Source: an uncultured Actinomycetes bacterium (GTDB lineage: Bacteria; Actinomycetota; Thermoleophilia; RBG-16-64-13). From it: a stretch of 64,000 bases of DNA. The position numbers and the translations under genes are program-made. Below are positions 63,015-64,000 of the stretch, piece by piece; position 1 is the first letter of the stretch, and each line of letters starts with the position of its first letter. The DNA lies in NCBI GenBank assembly GCA_963706025.1, contig CAVPLM010000005.1, forward strand, positions 160,001 to 224,000, given 5' to 3'. The notes under the pieces are model-generated. The model was not told the origin of the DNA. It did no database searches and saw nothing but the letters and a program-made list of their open reading frames with translations.

Positions 63015-63683
63015 ATGCTCATGGCCCTTGCGCGGCAATTGCCCCCCAGATTGCTTGAACTGGCGCTCACTCACTCCTCCTGGGTGGACACAAGGACCGA
63101 ATCGTACGAGCGGCTGGAGTTCCTCGGCGACAGCGTCCTGGGGCTGGCCATCGCTTCCGCTCTCTACCAGCGCTATCCGCGGAACGACGAGGGTGACATG
63201 GCCAGGGTCAAGGCTTTCGTGGTCAGCCGGACAAGCTGCGCACAGGTCGCCCGGGCGCTCGAAATAGAGGGGCTGCTGGTCGAGCATGCTCCGGCACCGG
63301 AGAGCAGACGCAGGGAGGCGGCAGGTAACCCGACCATCCAGGGAAATGTGCTCGAGGCCCTTATCGGCGCCATCTATCTGACTCACGGGTTCGAGCAGAC
63401 CCGCGGCGCGGTGGTCGGGGCTTTTGAGCGACAGATCCACTACGCGGTTACGGCCCACGTCGATCACAAGACGGCGCTGCAGGAGTTGCTGGCCCCGCGC
63501 GGTCTGCAGCCGGTCTACCGGCTGGTGGTCGAGACCGGCCCGCCGCACGCCCGCGTGTTCACGTCCGAGGTCCTGGTCGGTGGGTCACTCGGAGGGCGGG
63601 GCACGGGCACCACCATCAAGATGAGCGAGCAAGCGGCCGCCGAGGAGGCCCTCGCCTCCTTGAGGGAAGGCAAGGTGCAGTAG
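63015..63683 (+). CDS. rnc: Ribonuclease III (start uncertain)
   Basis: ALTHSS, ERLEFLGDSVL, EALIGAIY, dsRBD KTALQE...GPPHARVF. Confidence 0.93.
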   Translation: MLMALARQLPPRLLELALTHSSWVDTRTESYERLEFLGDSVLGLAIASALYQRYPRNDEGDMARVKAFVVSRTSCAQVARALEIEGLLVEHAPAPESRRREAAGNPTIQGNVLEALIGAIYLTHGFEQTRGAVVGAFERQIHYAVTAHVDHKTALQELLAPRGLQPVYRLVVETGPPHARVFTSEVLVGGSLGGRGTGTTIKMSEQAAAEEALASLREGKVQ

Positions 63684-63684
63684 C

Positions 63685-64000
63685 TTGCCCCACCTGCATT
63701 CCATGAGGCTTCGGGGCTTCAAGACCTTCGCCAAGCCCACCGAACTCGTCTTCGAACCCGGGGTCACCGTGATCATCGGACCGAACGGGAGCGGCAAGAG
63801 CAACATCGCCGACGCCGTTCTGTGGGTGTTGGGCGAGCAGAGCCCCGGCAATCTCCGGGGACGGTCCATGCAGGATGTGATCTTCTCGGGCCCCGACGGA
63901 CGGAAGTCAAGCGCGGTCGCTGAGGTCAGTCTGGTCTTCGACAACGAGTGCGGCTCGTTCCCGATGGACTGCAACCAGCTTGAGATCACCAGGAGATTGG
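63685..64000 (+). CDS. smc: Chromosome segregation protein SMC, 3'-truncated by window edge
   Basis: LRGFKTFA, GPNGSGKSNIADAVLWVLGEQ, LRG..MQDVIF. Confidence 0.93.
   Translation, partial: MPHLHSMRLRGFKTFAKPTELVFEPGVTVIIGPNGSGKSNIADAVLWVLGEQSPGNLRGRSMQDVIFSGPDGRKSSAVAEVSLVFDNECGSFPMDCNQLEITRRL

Overview
GC-rich chromosomal window from a probably anaerobic, deep-branching Actinomycetota, likely Thermoleophilia-like. This is inferred from the actinobacterial mihF-gmk-rpoZ-coaBC block, a plsX-acpP-rnc-smc block, an SLH protein and an O2-sensitive 2-hydroxyacyl-CoA dehydratase system. The window opens with the 3' end of carA, but carB-pyrK-pyrD only follow about 49.7 kb later, behind their own PyrR-binding site. 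Between them lies an accessory mosaic: a putative selenocysteine peroxiredoxin missed by the ORF track, an amine/polyamine cluster, a flavoprotein plus HgdABC-type dehydratase operon, fba/pckG, an ECF/BNR-repeat module, a MITE, a truncated mazF and cassette-like small genes with attC-like relics. The strongest novel-looking signal is a divergent RpoD paralogue whose upstream promoter carries a perfect LexA box between -35 and -10. Many single-base indels, including in carB and acpP, look like long-read sequencing errors, so split ORFs are merged here. No rRNA, tRNA or CRISPR array was seen. Family calls come from motif recognition by eye, not database searches.
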